DNA from: an uncultured virus (IMG/VR IMGVR_UViG_3300027782_006468)
Lineage: Duplodnaviria; Heunggongvirae; Uroviricota; Caudoviricetes
Strand: one strand, 5' to 3'
IMG/VR virus record: IMGVR_UViG_3300027782_006468
Location: 1-64,000 of that record
DNA length: 64,000 nt
Below the pieces are notes generated by a model, which saw nothing but the letters and a program-made list of their open reading frames with translations, made no database searches and was not told where the DNA came from. Shown piece by piece: positions 10,260 to 18,598 of the stretch (position 1 is its first letter; every line of letters begins with the position of its first letter). Position numbers and translations under genes: made by a program.

Positions 10260-10666
10260 TAACTCGCCACCGTCTGTAAAAATTCGACTTCTAAATTTTT
10301 ATATCCCTTTTTCTTTACAAATGACTTAATGGCATTTCTCTGCTCTTCATTCATCAATTTGAAACAAAGTTGCTTGCAGATTGGAACTCTAATTACATAA
10401 TTTTCATGTAATTTCAAATAACAGCTATAACCAATATAACCAATACTGATAAAGTCAACACATTCACGCAAATAGGAATCTGATGTGCAATCATAAGGAT
10501 AACCACTTATAGCCGTTCCTTGATAACATGGAATATGCATAAGATTATTATTCTTTTGATTTTCATCTGTGAATACAGCAACCAAATATGTCTTCTTTGT
10601 GCAATCTAAACTTAGATTGATGGATTTTTTTTGACTCGACAACAATGTCTTTATGTTAAAACTCAT
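10259..10666 (-). CDS. hypothetical protein
   Basis: 135-aa ORF directly after a sigma70-like promoter. Confidence 0.65.
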   Translation of the reverse strand: MSFNIKTLLSSQKKSINLSLDCTKKTYLVAVFTDENQKNNNLMHIPCYQGTAISGYPYDCTSDSYLRECVDFISIGYIGYSCYLKLHENYVIRVPICKQLCFKLMNEEQRNAIKSFVKKKGYKNLEVEFLQTVAS

Positions 10667-10672
10667 AATATC

Positions 10673-10702
10673 ATTGTATAGCTAGAACCACATTTCAGTC
10701 AA
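10673..10702 (-). promoter_or_regulatory. sigma70-like promoter TTGACT-N18-TACAAT
   Basis: Consensus match; -10 ends 6 nt before ATG 10666. Confidence 0.55.
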
Positions 10703-10736
10703 TATGACACCATAAAAGTAAAGATTGTTGATCAAA

Positions 10737-11255
10737 TTAAGATGATCTTTTGTCTTTCTTGTCTACTTCTGTTTTTTTCTTTGTTTTATTTAATTCTATT
10801 TTTTTCTTAGGCTTATCTTGTTTCGATATTTTTGCCTTATTCTCTTTTTTGTCTTTTTTGTCTTCTTCTTTATCTTTGTCTTCTTCTTTATCTGTAACCT
10901 TAACGCCATGCTTCTTCATTATCTTTTTAATCTTTTCTTGAGATTCAGACTTTTTCTTGGCAAGTTGTAATTCCCAAAGATCTTTAGCCAAAGATTCTAC
11001 TGACTTTATAAATGCATCTATATTAGGATTAACTAACTTTGAAGCAGATGCCTCCCTAATATACCTTTTCTTTCTTTTCTTTTTTTTGTGGCTTCGCTTT
11101 AAAGCTTTGGTAAGCCTTTCGACTTGCCAAGGAGGTGGTGTTCCGTGGCTGAATATATCAGCAACAGGAGGAGCCAAACCTAATGAGGCTTGTGTTTTAA
11201 GCCTTGTTGCTGGACTTGATTCTCGTATTTTTACCCAATCAGAAAATTTAATCAT
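10737..11255 (-). CDS. lysine-rich protein with capsid-targeting-like N-terminus
   Basis: MIKFSDWVKIRE start; K/D/E-rich tail. Confidence 0.7.
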   Translation of the reverse strand: MIKFSDWVKIRESSPATRLKTQASLGLAPPVADIFSHGTPPPWQVERLTKALKRSHKKKKRKKRYIREASASKLVNPNIDAFIKSVESLAKDLWELQLAKKKSESQEKIKKIMKKHGVKVTDKEEDKDKEEDKKDKKENKAKISKQDKPKKKIELNKTKKKTEVDKKDKRSS

Positions 11256-11265
11256 AGTGAACTAG

Positions 11266-11583
11266 TTATACTTTTGGCAATGAAGTTATAGAAAATTTTC
11301 CATTTTCTATTTTTACCAAAAAGTCAAAATCTAATTCTTTTTTAGCTTTAGCATGAGCTTCCTGTAATTTAAGCAAAGCATTCCACATAATTTTCATATA
11401 TCGTTCTTGGCAATATATTCCAGTATGATCGACAAAGTTTCTATAATTCCCAAAGAGAAAAATGTATCTTAAAAAAGAAATCTGAATATTTGTTGTAAAA
11501 TATTTCAGCAGATACTTTTTTTCTCTTGGAAATTCATAGTTTTCAAAATCTCCAGCGATAAATATCGCATCTTCCTTAGACAT
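11266..11583 (-). CDS. hypothetical protein
   Basis: 105-aa ORF overlapping the upstream stop. Confidence 0.65.
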   Translation of the reverse strand: MSKEDAIFIAGDFENYEFPREKKYLLKYFTTNIQISFLRYIFLFGNYRNFVDHTGIYCQERYMKIMWNALLKLQEAHAKAKKELDFDFLVKIENGKFSITSLPKV

Positions 11584-11983
11584 TAATTTGAATGCCCTTT
11601 ACAAATTTCAAATACATTAGCATCATACCGCCAACAAATTGCTGTGGCACTCCTGCCTTACTTATAACAGATATTGATTCCGCAACCATTTTAATGTCAG
11701 GGGCGACATCTCCATTCATCTTGGTATCTTCTTCTGAAATATTACGCATACATTCGTAGGCTATATCGACACTATCGATCAACGATGTTGACAAAACCAT
11801 TGAAACTTTCTTTTCGTTTGTGACCATATACTTAGGAATCTTACCACCACAATGCATACTCTTATCTTCAAAGAATTTGTCTATACATTCTTTGACAAAT
11901 TTATGAATACTTTGAGTTATTGGGTCTGAAGATTGATCGCTATTGTCTTCGAAAAAATCGTCTTCAAAAAAATCGTCACGCAT
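11576..11983 (-). CDS. hypothetical protein
   Basis: 135-aa ORF with AAGGAG RBS. Confidence 0.7.
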   Translation of the reverse strand: MRDDFFEDDFFEDNSDQSSDPITQSIHKFVKECIDKFFEDKSMHCGGKIPKYMVTNEKKVSMVLSTSLIDSVDIAYECMRNISEEDTKMNGDVAPDIKMVAESISVISKAGVPQQFVGGMMLMYLKFVKGIQINV

Positions 11984-12069
11984 GTGTGCTTACTCCTTGC
12001 AGCTAGGGTGATATTTGTTTGGTATTTAATCCTATATTTCAACCAAACAAAATTTATAGACTTGGTAAG

Positions 12070-12077
12070 TATAAATA
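12070..12077 (+). promoter_or_regulatory. T4-type late promoter TATAAATA
   Basis: Exact T4 gp55 consensus, followed by GAGGTG RBS and ATG 12096. Confidence 0.55.
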
Positions 12078-12095
12078 ACAAAGAGGTGATGTCAA

Positions 12096-12584
12096 ATGAA
12101 AAATATTATTTTATCAATCATTTTATGTTTTAGCTTAGTTGGATGCTCCAATTTCAATCCACGCATGCAAAATAAAATTGATAATAAGAATGGTAAAATA
12201 GATGAAATAAAGAATAATCAAAATGGACTCATGCTTGAGCTTGGAAAACTTAGGCAAGATGCAGAAATTCAAAATAGTCAACTTAAAGAAGTTCAGCAAG
12301 GTATGCTAAATTTAAATGCCACAGGAATTCGCAATGAAAATAAAGGAGTTCAAATTTTACAAGGAGATGGAGCTTTGATACTAATATTTGCTTTAGGAAC
12401 TGTTGCTATGTTGCTCTTCTATAAGAGAAAGTCAGATAAAAATGAAAAAATTGCAAATATCATGGCTAAAGAAGTGATGTTGCTAAATGATCAAAAACTA
12501 AATGATAAAATTTTAAATTTATCCATAAAAACAAAACTAGAAAAAGATGTTTACAAGATGATGTTCAAACATATTAGGAAATAA
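12096..12584 (+). CDS. lipoprotein with coiled coil and C-terminal TM helix (spanin-like topology)
   Basis: Signal peptide with LVGC lipobox; ALILIFALGTVAMLLFY hydrophobic helix followed by KRK. Confidence 0.6.
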   Translation: MKNIILSIILCFSLVGCSNFNPRMQNKIDNKNGKIDEIKNNQNGLMLELGKLRQDAEIQNSQLKEVQQGMLNLNATGIRNENKGVQILQGDGALILIFALGTVAMLLFYKRKSDKNEKIANIMAKEVMLLNDQKLNDKILNLSIKTKLEKDVYKMMFKHIRK

Positions 12585-12902
12585 TTACTTAACATCAAAT
12601 CCCTGCAAAACTGTTTTTAGCTTTATAAATCCAGAACAATTATCTCCCAAAGGAACTCCATCAAGATAAGGATTATTTCCTTTTGATTTAGAATTTGCAA
12701 TAAAATCATCCACATCAGTATCAATCATATGCCTTTTCTGCTTTATCAATTTCAAACAATAGTATTTCGAATGATCCGAATCATCTTGTTCTAAGTATCT
12801 GCATTGATCTGATGGGTTAGAAAAATCTCCATAACAAACATGCTTTATTTGCTTTAGGCTCAACATATAATCAACTCCTATGAATAGAAATTTGTTTTCC
12901 AA
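12585..12902 (-). CDS. hypothetical Cys-containing protein
   Basis: ORF; probable true start at MLSLKQ after GGAG. Confidence 0.6.
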   Translation of the reverse strand: MENKFLFIGVDYMLSLKQIKHVCYGDFSNPSDQCRYLEQDDSDHSKYYCLKLIKQKRHMIDTDVDDFIANSKSKGNNPYLDGVPLGDNCSGFIKLKTVLQGFDVK

Positions 12903-13371
12903 TTTGTGAAATTAGAATTCCATTAGCATGATCTATTTCGTGCTGACATATAATGCATTTGAATCCAGAAACCTCTTCATCAACATCAATAAGATTCAAT
13001 GTCGGATCTGTGGGAGAAACCACTAGCTTCTTGCCTTTTAATTTTATCTTTGGAAACCTTAATACTTCATATTGCTTTAATGTTCCATCATCATTTCGAA
13101 GTGACAAACAACCTTCTAAATAATTTATTTTTTCGCCTATCCCATCATAACTGCAATTTACAAGATATTCAAAACCAATATCTTTGATGGCGATAAAAAA
13201 ATTATACGGCACATTGACTTGTGTTGCAGATAAGCCAACACCTCTATTTTTTACGCAAAGTTCCTCCATATGAATTGCCAATTTATAAATATCCATCAAA
13301 TCATCTAATGGAATATCTTTGCCAATTGGTATTTCTTCTGGAGGAATTAATTTAAGATTTTTAAAATCCAT
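12871..13371 (-). CDS. def: peptide deformylase
   Basis: GVGLSATQ, EGCLS and QHEIDH motifs all intact. Confidence 0.93.
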   Translation of the reverse strand: MDFKNLKLIPPEEIPIGKDIPLDDLMDIYKLAIHMEELCVKNRGVGLSATQVNVPYNFFIAIKDIGFEYLVNCSYDGIGEKINYLEGCLSLRNDDGTLKQYEVLRFPKIKLKGKKLVVSPTDPTLNLIDVDEEVSGFKCIICQHEIDHANGILISQIGKQISIHRS

Positions 13372-13373
13372 TA

Positions 13374-13637
13374 TTATTCTTTAATAGATGTTAATGTTCC
13401 TACAACAGCTTCCACTCTTTGAGATAGCCAATCCTTAAGTGCTACATCATTTTTGCGAAGATCCTTAGGAACTTTCAATATTACCATGTCAACATTATCT
13501 TCTTCATTTAAAAATTTGTCTGCCAAATCTCTTACCAATTTAGAAACAGATACATTTCTTTTCTTGGCAACCGATTTAAGCTTTTCTTGAATGTCCGTAT
13601 CCATGGACAAACTAAGAATATTTCCTTTTTTACTCAT
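13374..13637 (-). CDS. ribbon-helix-helix (CopG-like) DNA-binding protein
   Basis: LSLSMD...KLKSVAKKRNVSVSKLVRD pattern. Confidence 0.75.
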   Translation of the reverse strand: MSKKGNILSLSMDTDIQEKLKSVAKKRNVSVSKLVRDLADKFLNEEDNVDMVILKVPKDLRKNDVALKDWLSQRVEAVVGTLTSIKE

Positions 13638-13642
13638 GTTAC

Positions 13643-13927
13643 CTACTTCTTTTTCTTGTTTGTGCGATTGTCTTTCTTTTCCGTTTTTCGATTCGGGAAA
13701 TTCTCACGCAATTTTACTTTCAAACGCTGAAGTTCTGCATCTCTCTTTTTCTTACGCTTCTTGCGTCTCTCGCTTTCATAGAACTCATGTTCTTTATAAT
13801 CATGTAAAATTCCAGCATCGGTAACAGCTTTTTTAAATGTAGCGAACATTCTTCTAAACGCTGTTTCTCTTTCATCTCTAGAACAATTAGGATGCAAGTC
13901 ACGCATCTCAACTCTAACAAGCCTCAT
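13643..13927 (-). CDS. rpsU: 30S ribosomal protein bS21
   Basis: FRRMFATFKKAVTDAGILHDYKEHEFYES..RKKRKKK; GAGGTG RBS. Confidence 0.85.
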   Translation of the reverse strand: MRLVRVEMRDLHPNCSRDERETAFRRMFATFKKAVTDAGILHDYKEHEFYESERRKKRKKKRDAELQRLKVKLRENFPNRKTEKKDNRTNKKKK

Positions 13928-13935
13928 AAAACACC

Positions 13936-15072
13936 TCAATCTCTGTTAATTTTCAACAATTTAATGCCTAATTTCAAAGGCTCTATCTCACGAACCACTT
14001 CCTCGTATGAAACCTTTTCATATATTTCGGATGTCATCGGCCAGTTATCACGATCCAACTCTGGTAAAAATAGATTTAATCTACTAACGATGCATTGCAG
14101 AATGTCCTGATTCCACATTTCTATAGTTCCATCAGTTATAATAGTGCTAAATGTAAAAATATGCTGCTTTGGAAGTTCCAAAGAAGATAAATCTTCCACT
14201 TCATAATCTTTAAGATTGTTATATCTAGATCTTTCATCTATACAAAGAAATGGAGTTCTAGCCATCATAGCGAAACGAGAAATCCCATTAAATACATCAA
14301 GTACACAACCAGATGTACGCATGGCGGATAAAACCTTAGTGATATCCTTATCATTAAAAAACAAACAATCATCTATAAATTCTGGCGATATATCATATGA
14401 AAAATTGCTTTGCCATATGACTGGCACAAATCCATTAGCGATGAGCTTTTTGGTAAGTGCTATCCAGAAATCTTTTTTAGACCTAACATTTGTAGACTTT
14501 CCATTGTGCCATAATTTGCAAAATATAGTTGGAGAAAACAAAACCTTAAATCCAGCCCTATTGTTGATTTGCCTTACAAATTCTTTTCCAAGAATTGAAC
14601 TTGAAGGAACAAAAGGAAGAAAAACTTCTATATCTTTTTCTGTAAACTCTTTTTTCAATCCATTAAAATAATTGACAGAAATCTCTTTTATATCAATGAC
14701 ATTTCTGAAAAACTCATTCAAATTTCTTTTATATACAGTTATAATATCGCATGTATTTTCGAAGCCAATGGCTTTTTCATATATGCGACTTATTTGACCT
14801 TCATCTGAAAATCCCCAATACTCATCAACATATGGGAACAAACCAGCCATTCCCGGATAAGAACAAAGAATAAAATATTTTGATGTTTTGTTCTTTTTTC
14901 TAAATACATGCAGAAACAAAGAAGATAAAATAAACAAAGTGCAAAAATCGCCAAAAAATGGAATAATGCAAACATCACCAAAATCAGTTGGAATGTTTTT
15001 CTCTTCATATCTTTCACGAACAAATCCATTTCGTTGCGATGCTCTTTTAAGAAAATCTGATACATTATTCAA
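13936..15072 (-). CDS. glycosyltransferase-like protein (GT9/heptosyltransferase-like, divergent)
   Basis: FGDFCTL, LFPYVDEYW, FWIALTKKL, VLDVFNGISRFA..ARTP resemble GT9 motifs. Confidence 0.5.
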   Translation of the reverse strand: MNNVSDFLKRASQRNGFVRERYEEKNIPTDFGDVCIIPFFGDFCTLFILSSLFLHVFRKKNKTSKYFILCSYPGMAGLFPYVDEYWGFSDEGQISRIYEKAIGFENTCDIITVYKRNLNEFFRNVIDIKEISVNYFNGLKKEFTEKDIEVFLPFVPSSSILGKEFVRQINNRAGFKVLFSPTIFCKLWHNGKSTNVRSKKDFWIALTKKLIANGFVPVIWQSNFSYDISPEFIDDCLFFNDKDITKVLSAMRTSGCVLDVFNGISRFAMMARTPFLCIDERSRYNNLKDYEVEDLSSLELPKQHIFTFSTIITDGTIEMWNQDILQCIVSRLNLFLPELDRDNWPMTSEIYEKVSYEEVVREIEPLKLGIKLLKINRD

Positions 15073-15073
15073 T

Positions 15074-16288
15074 TTATACTTTCCTCCACCAATAATCTAG
15101 TTTTTCTGTGTTCATTCTCACCATGTCGGGATTGTCTATCATTGCTATTTTTGTTTCAAAATTTCCAGATGTAATTTCTTGAATTGCTTCTTTGGCAACT
15201 TTAATTCCTTGATCTTCGTCATTTGTCAATTTGAAAAAATTTGCAATAACTATCTTCTTTTTGTCATAGTCAGTAGTCAAAATAACACGCATTCCTTCCT
15301 GACCATGACCAACTAATTGATCTGCACTCTCGAAAAGTATCCATGGTGTTTTTACCATTGATGCAAGGCGAGTTGATGCTGTGTAAAACTGTATAGTAAA
15401 TTTACATTGAGATAATATTGCCAAAGTAAACTCTAAATCTCTTGCCTCTTGCCTATTTGTAAAATCAACTATTGAATCATCTGGACATGGATATACACTT
15501 TGTTTTTCACCCATCCAAATTGGGTTATATCCCATCGATTTAAGCAAATTGATAAGGCTCTTATAAAATTCAATACTTAAATTTCTTCCATATCGCTTTC
15601 TGTTTCTAGCAAAAATAGCAACAGAATTTTCTCGCATGATAAGTTTCGCTTGTTCCTTCTTGCCTTCGCTTGGTTTTGGCGTTGAAACAAATCTTTTTTT
15701 ACTTACACCCAAATCACCAAACAAAGGCTTCACCAAATTGGTGCTTGAACATTTATCACACTTTGTATCAATGTGATTGTGCGATACAAAATAATTCTTA
15801 CATTCAGTGCAAAAATATTGCACACACAATTGAGCCATAGAACTGCCAGTAACCACACGACCAAATTGACTTAACTTAATTTCAAACTTACTTATATTTC
15901 TTGAATCATTACGAAAAGCATCAGAATATTCACGCAACCATTGGTGGTCTTCATCTAACTCCCAATACTCATCAGCTATCTTACTATAAAGAAATTGTCT
16001 TCCATACCAACCGACCACTATCACATAACAATCTGGATTTGCATGAATTATTTGAGGCAAACAAAAGCATATTCCTATAGTCTCGACTCCAAATTCGTAA
16101 AAAGATGGAACCAACAATATCTTCCTGTTGTCGGTTGGTTTAACTCTATTGGTAAATTTATGAATGTGAAAGTTAAGAGATTCTAACTTTCTTTCTGGTA
16201 TCATTTTAATTCTACTACCAGAAGCATAATCATAAGCTGGTAGTAATTTTAATTTTTTATTGGGAGTTGTTTTGCTATTTGACCACAT
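15074..16288 (-). CDS. glycosyltransferase-like protein (GT9-like) with zinc ribbon insertion
   Basis: EFGVE, IADEYW, IVDFT, TASTRLASMVKTPWI; CTEC...CDKC; start may be at MIPERK. Confidence 0.5.
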   Translation of the reverse strand: MWSNSKTTPNKKLKLLPAYDYASGSRIKMIPERKLESLNFHIHKFTNRVKPTDNRKILLVPSFYEFGVETIGICFCLPQIIHANPDCYVIVVGWYGRQFLYSKIADEYWELDEDHQWLREYSDAFRNDSRNISKFEIKLSQFGRVVTGSSMAQLCVQYFCTECKNYFVSHNHIDTKCDKCSSTNLVKPLFGDLGVSKKRFVSTPKPSEGKKEQAKLIMRENSVAIFARNRKRYGRNLSIEFYKSLINLLKSMGYNPIWMGEKQSVYPCPDDSIVDFTNRQEARDLEFTLAILSQCKFTIQFYTASTRLASMVKTPWILFESADQLVGHGQEGMRVILTTDYDKKKIVIANFFKLTNDEDQGIKVAKEAIQEITSGNFETKIAMIDNPDMVRMNTEKLDYWWRKV

Positions 16289-16428
16289 TTAGGACACCTA
16301 AATCTTCTGAATTGCTTGCATTTAGTACAAGACTTATATTCAAACAAATCCTTAACTTGTTCTGGCTCATTGTCTACGACTCTTGACCAGCTACATTTGA
16401 CGCATTTTATAATATGTCTGTTAGCCAT
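16249..16428 (-). CDS. small zinc-finger protein (59 aa, three CxxC)
   Basis: Manual translation MANRHIIKCVKCSW...CTKCKQFRRFRCPKCGQIAKQLPIKN; fills the gap; below the ORF-track cutoff. Confidence 0.7.
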   Translation of the reverse strand: MANRHIIKCVKCSWSRVVDNEPEQVKDLFEYKSCTKCKQFRRFRCPKCGQIAKQLPIKN

Positions 16429-16822
16429 ATGTAAACCTATTAGACTTAAGCCAATCTGAAAATTTTATATCTTCTCCATTTTGAGCGAAAATAAAATCAA
16501 TAATGTAAAAGTCAGATGACTTCGAAATGATTATCATCCGAGGTTTTTCTACTTTATTTAAGAAATTAATGATTTTATTTTTCGCAGAAGATTTTATCTT
16601 TAGCGGTGTTTTTCCATAAATACATGATAATTCTCCATTTGAAGTGAAAGAAACTTCAAATGCATCATCGACAATTCTAATGCTTTTAACTTTGTATGAT
16701 TTTCCAAAATTTTCAATAATAGAAGATTTTTTATAATAACCAATACCATTTACAGCACAATAAAGATGAGCAGATATGAGAACAAATAGAATTATCAATA
16801 AAAAATTTCTTTTACTCATCAT
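16421..16822 (-). CDS. secreted/membrane protein, weak thermonuclease (SNase)-like fold
   Basis: N-terminal hydrophobic segment; VKSIRIVDD..F, AKNKIINFL, FSDWLKSN loosely follow the SNase layout without catalytic residues. Confidence 0.4.
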   Translation of the reverse strand: MMSKRNFLLIILFVLISAHLYCAVNGIGYYKKSSIIENFGKSYKVKSIRIVDDAFEVSFTSNGELSCIYGKTPLKIKSSAKNKIINFLNKVEKPRMIIISKSSDFYIIDFIFAQNGEDIKFSDWLKSNRFTYG

Positions 16823-16836
16823 ATCCGCATAAGTTT

Positions 16837-17439
16837 TTACTTTTTGGTGTCTATAGTGCTGCCGTTGAGAGAATCGCTCAACTTATCAATTTCTTTAAAC
16901 ATCTTGTCAATTGCAGATTGTGCGCTCTTAGAATCTTTTCCAAGAGTTTCATTTTTCTGCATTTCTGACAACATGGAATGAAGTTTTGATTTGAGTTCAA
17001 TCAAATCATCTAAAAGCTTTCCATTTGTGAAATTGTTTTCTGGCTTAATCTTGTTGTCTTTTCCAATAGTATTTGGATAAACAGGATTGTTTGTATTAGC
17101 CATTTTTTTGCTATAACTCTTGATCTTTTTTTTGCTTGGAGTTTTCTCCTCAGTCAAAAAAACATCAGATTCATCAGATTGATCGGAATAAGAATTATCA
17201 GAATAAGATTCCTTATTAGAAAAAGATGAATCGCCAAGCGTTACCATAACATCTTTCCAATTAGAAATATCTGAATCTGTAATTTCAGTATCTTTTCCTG
17301 TCATCTGACCAAAAAAGTCAACTTCTTTATTGTTGTTATTTGTTTGTTGTTTTGGCTTTACATCATCAAAGATGCCAGCAGCCAAAGCTTTATCCCATTG
17401 TGCGCTTAATTTATCAATATCATCTTTAAAACTAGACAT
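16837..17439 (-). CDS. hypothetical protein
   Basis: Start at MSSFKDD, coupled to the upstream small ORF; C-terminal coiled coil. Confidence 0.7.
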   Translation of the reverse strand: MSSFKDDIDKLSAQWDKALAAGIFDDVKPKQQTNNNNKEVDFFGQMTGKDTEITDSDISNWKDVMVTLGDSSFSNKESYSDNSYSDQSDESDVFLTEEKTPSKKKIKSYSKKMANTNNPVYPNTIGKDNKIKPENNFTNGKLLDDLIELKSKLHSMLSEMQKNETLGKDSKSAQSAIDKMFKEIDKLSDSLNGSTIDTKK

Positions 17440-17560
17440 TCTTTTCACCATTCTTTCTTCCAAGCAGTTTGTCAACCAATTGTTTAACCCAGTCTGGTTG
17501 AGGTAAAAAATTCCATCCTATTATCAATCCAGCCACAAAACACAATATGTAAGTAACCAT
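17432..17560 (-). CDS. small membrane protein (42 aa)
   Basis: Manual translation MVTYILCFVAGLIIGWNFLPQPDWVK...; AAGGAG RBS; not in the ORF track. Confidence 0.7.
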   Translation of the reverse strand: MVTYILCFVAGLIIGWNFLPQPDWVKQLVDKLLGRKNGEKNV

Positions 17561-17587
17561 ATGACTCCTTCATGTTTAATTTATATA

Positions 17588-17616
17588 TTGTTTGTTTTTT
17601 GATATTCCCTTACAAT
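17588..17616 (+). promoter_or_regulatory. sigma70-like promoter TTGTTT-N17-TACAAT
   Basis: Consensus match upstream of AAGGAG and ATG 17638. Confidence 0.45.
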
Positions 17617-17637
17617 TAAATAATAAAGGAGAAAAAA

Positions 17638-18588
17638 ATGCCTCACGATCATATGATTTTTTCTGTAGAAGAATGCGAAAACGCAACACTAATTCCCGAA
17701 AAAAATACAGCAATAATAGCCACATATCAAGGTCCGATAAAACTTCTCATGCTGACACTATTCAGCCTCCTTCTTAGGAGTAATCAAAAATATCTTGAAC
17801 ACATCATAGTTTGCATCAATGGTCCAGACACAAGATGTGGAGACCCATCACTTCAAGACAAAAAACAGAAATTCCTTGAAGAACTAAGAAATATGAAGTG
17901 GGAAAACAAAGACATGCCATTGACCGTCATAAGGGCATGGAGCAGAGTTGGACATAGCCAAGCACTAGAAATGGCAATTCCTTGGGTTCATACAGAATAC
18001 TACACAATCATGCATGATGACATCGTTGTGTTGGAAAATGATTGGTGCGAAGAAGCTAATGAAATATTTAAAGATCCCAAGGTTGCCATTGTACAAAATG
18101 GAGTTCCATATTTTGGAGCATGTGCTGAAATAGTCATGGATAAAACCATGAATTGGATTGAAACGGCACATATGAACTCCACATTCATCATGTGTAAAAA
18201 ATCAATTCTCACAGAATTAGGATGCAGATGGTATGGATATTATATTAAAAAAGATTACAGTATGAAGAATATAAATTATAAAGAATATAAAAACAAAAAT
18301 ATACAGTACAAATCAAATATTGAATTTCCGAAAGAAAATAGCGACTACAATGGTATAAGTTTTGACATAGGATCTTGGGTAATGTACAAAATAAAAAACA
18401 ATAATTACAAAATTGAAATTTTTTCAAATAAAAAAATAGAACATTTTTGGAGTGCCAGTTGGACTCCAGATAAAAATTATCTTGAGAACACGGAAATCCA
18501 ATACAAAAATGTGTTCGAAAGTATTGAAAAAGAAATAAACAACCATCCTCAGTTCGCAGAACTTTACAAAAAATACAATAATTCTTAA
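17638..18588 (+). CDS. family 2 glycosyltransferase
   Basis: TAIIATY, HIIVCING, GHSQAL, YYTIMHDDIVVL, FDIGSW. Confidence 0.8.
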   Translation: MPHDHMIFSVEECENATLIPEKNTAIIATYQGPIKLLMLTLFSLLLRSNQKYLEHIIVCINGPDTRCGDPSLQDKKQKFLEELRNMKWENKDMPLTVIRAWSRVGHSQALEMAIPWVHTEYYTIMHDDIVVLENDWCEEANEIFKDPKVAIVQNGVPYFGACAEIVMDKTMNWIETAHMNSTFIMCKKSILTELGCRWYGYYIKKDYSMKNINYKEYKNKNIQYKSNIEFPKENSDYNGISFDIGSWVMYKIKNNNYKIEIFSNKKIEHFWSASWTPDKNYLENTEIQYKNVFESIEKEINNHPQFAELYKKYNNS

Positions 18589-18598
18589 GGAGTTAAAT

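Noticed and set aside
12014..12051. 10-bp inverted repeat TTTGTTTGGT/ACCAAACAAA in a divergent intergenic region
   Set aside because: Low complexity and seen only once; a possible operator but not supportable
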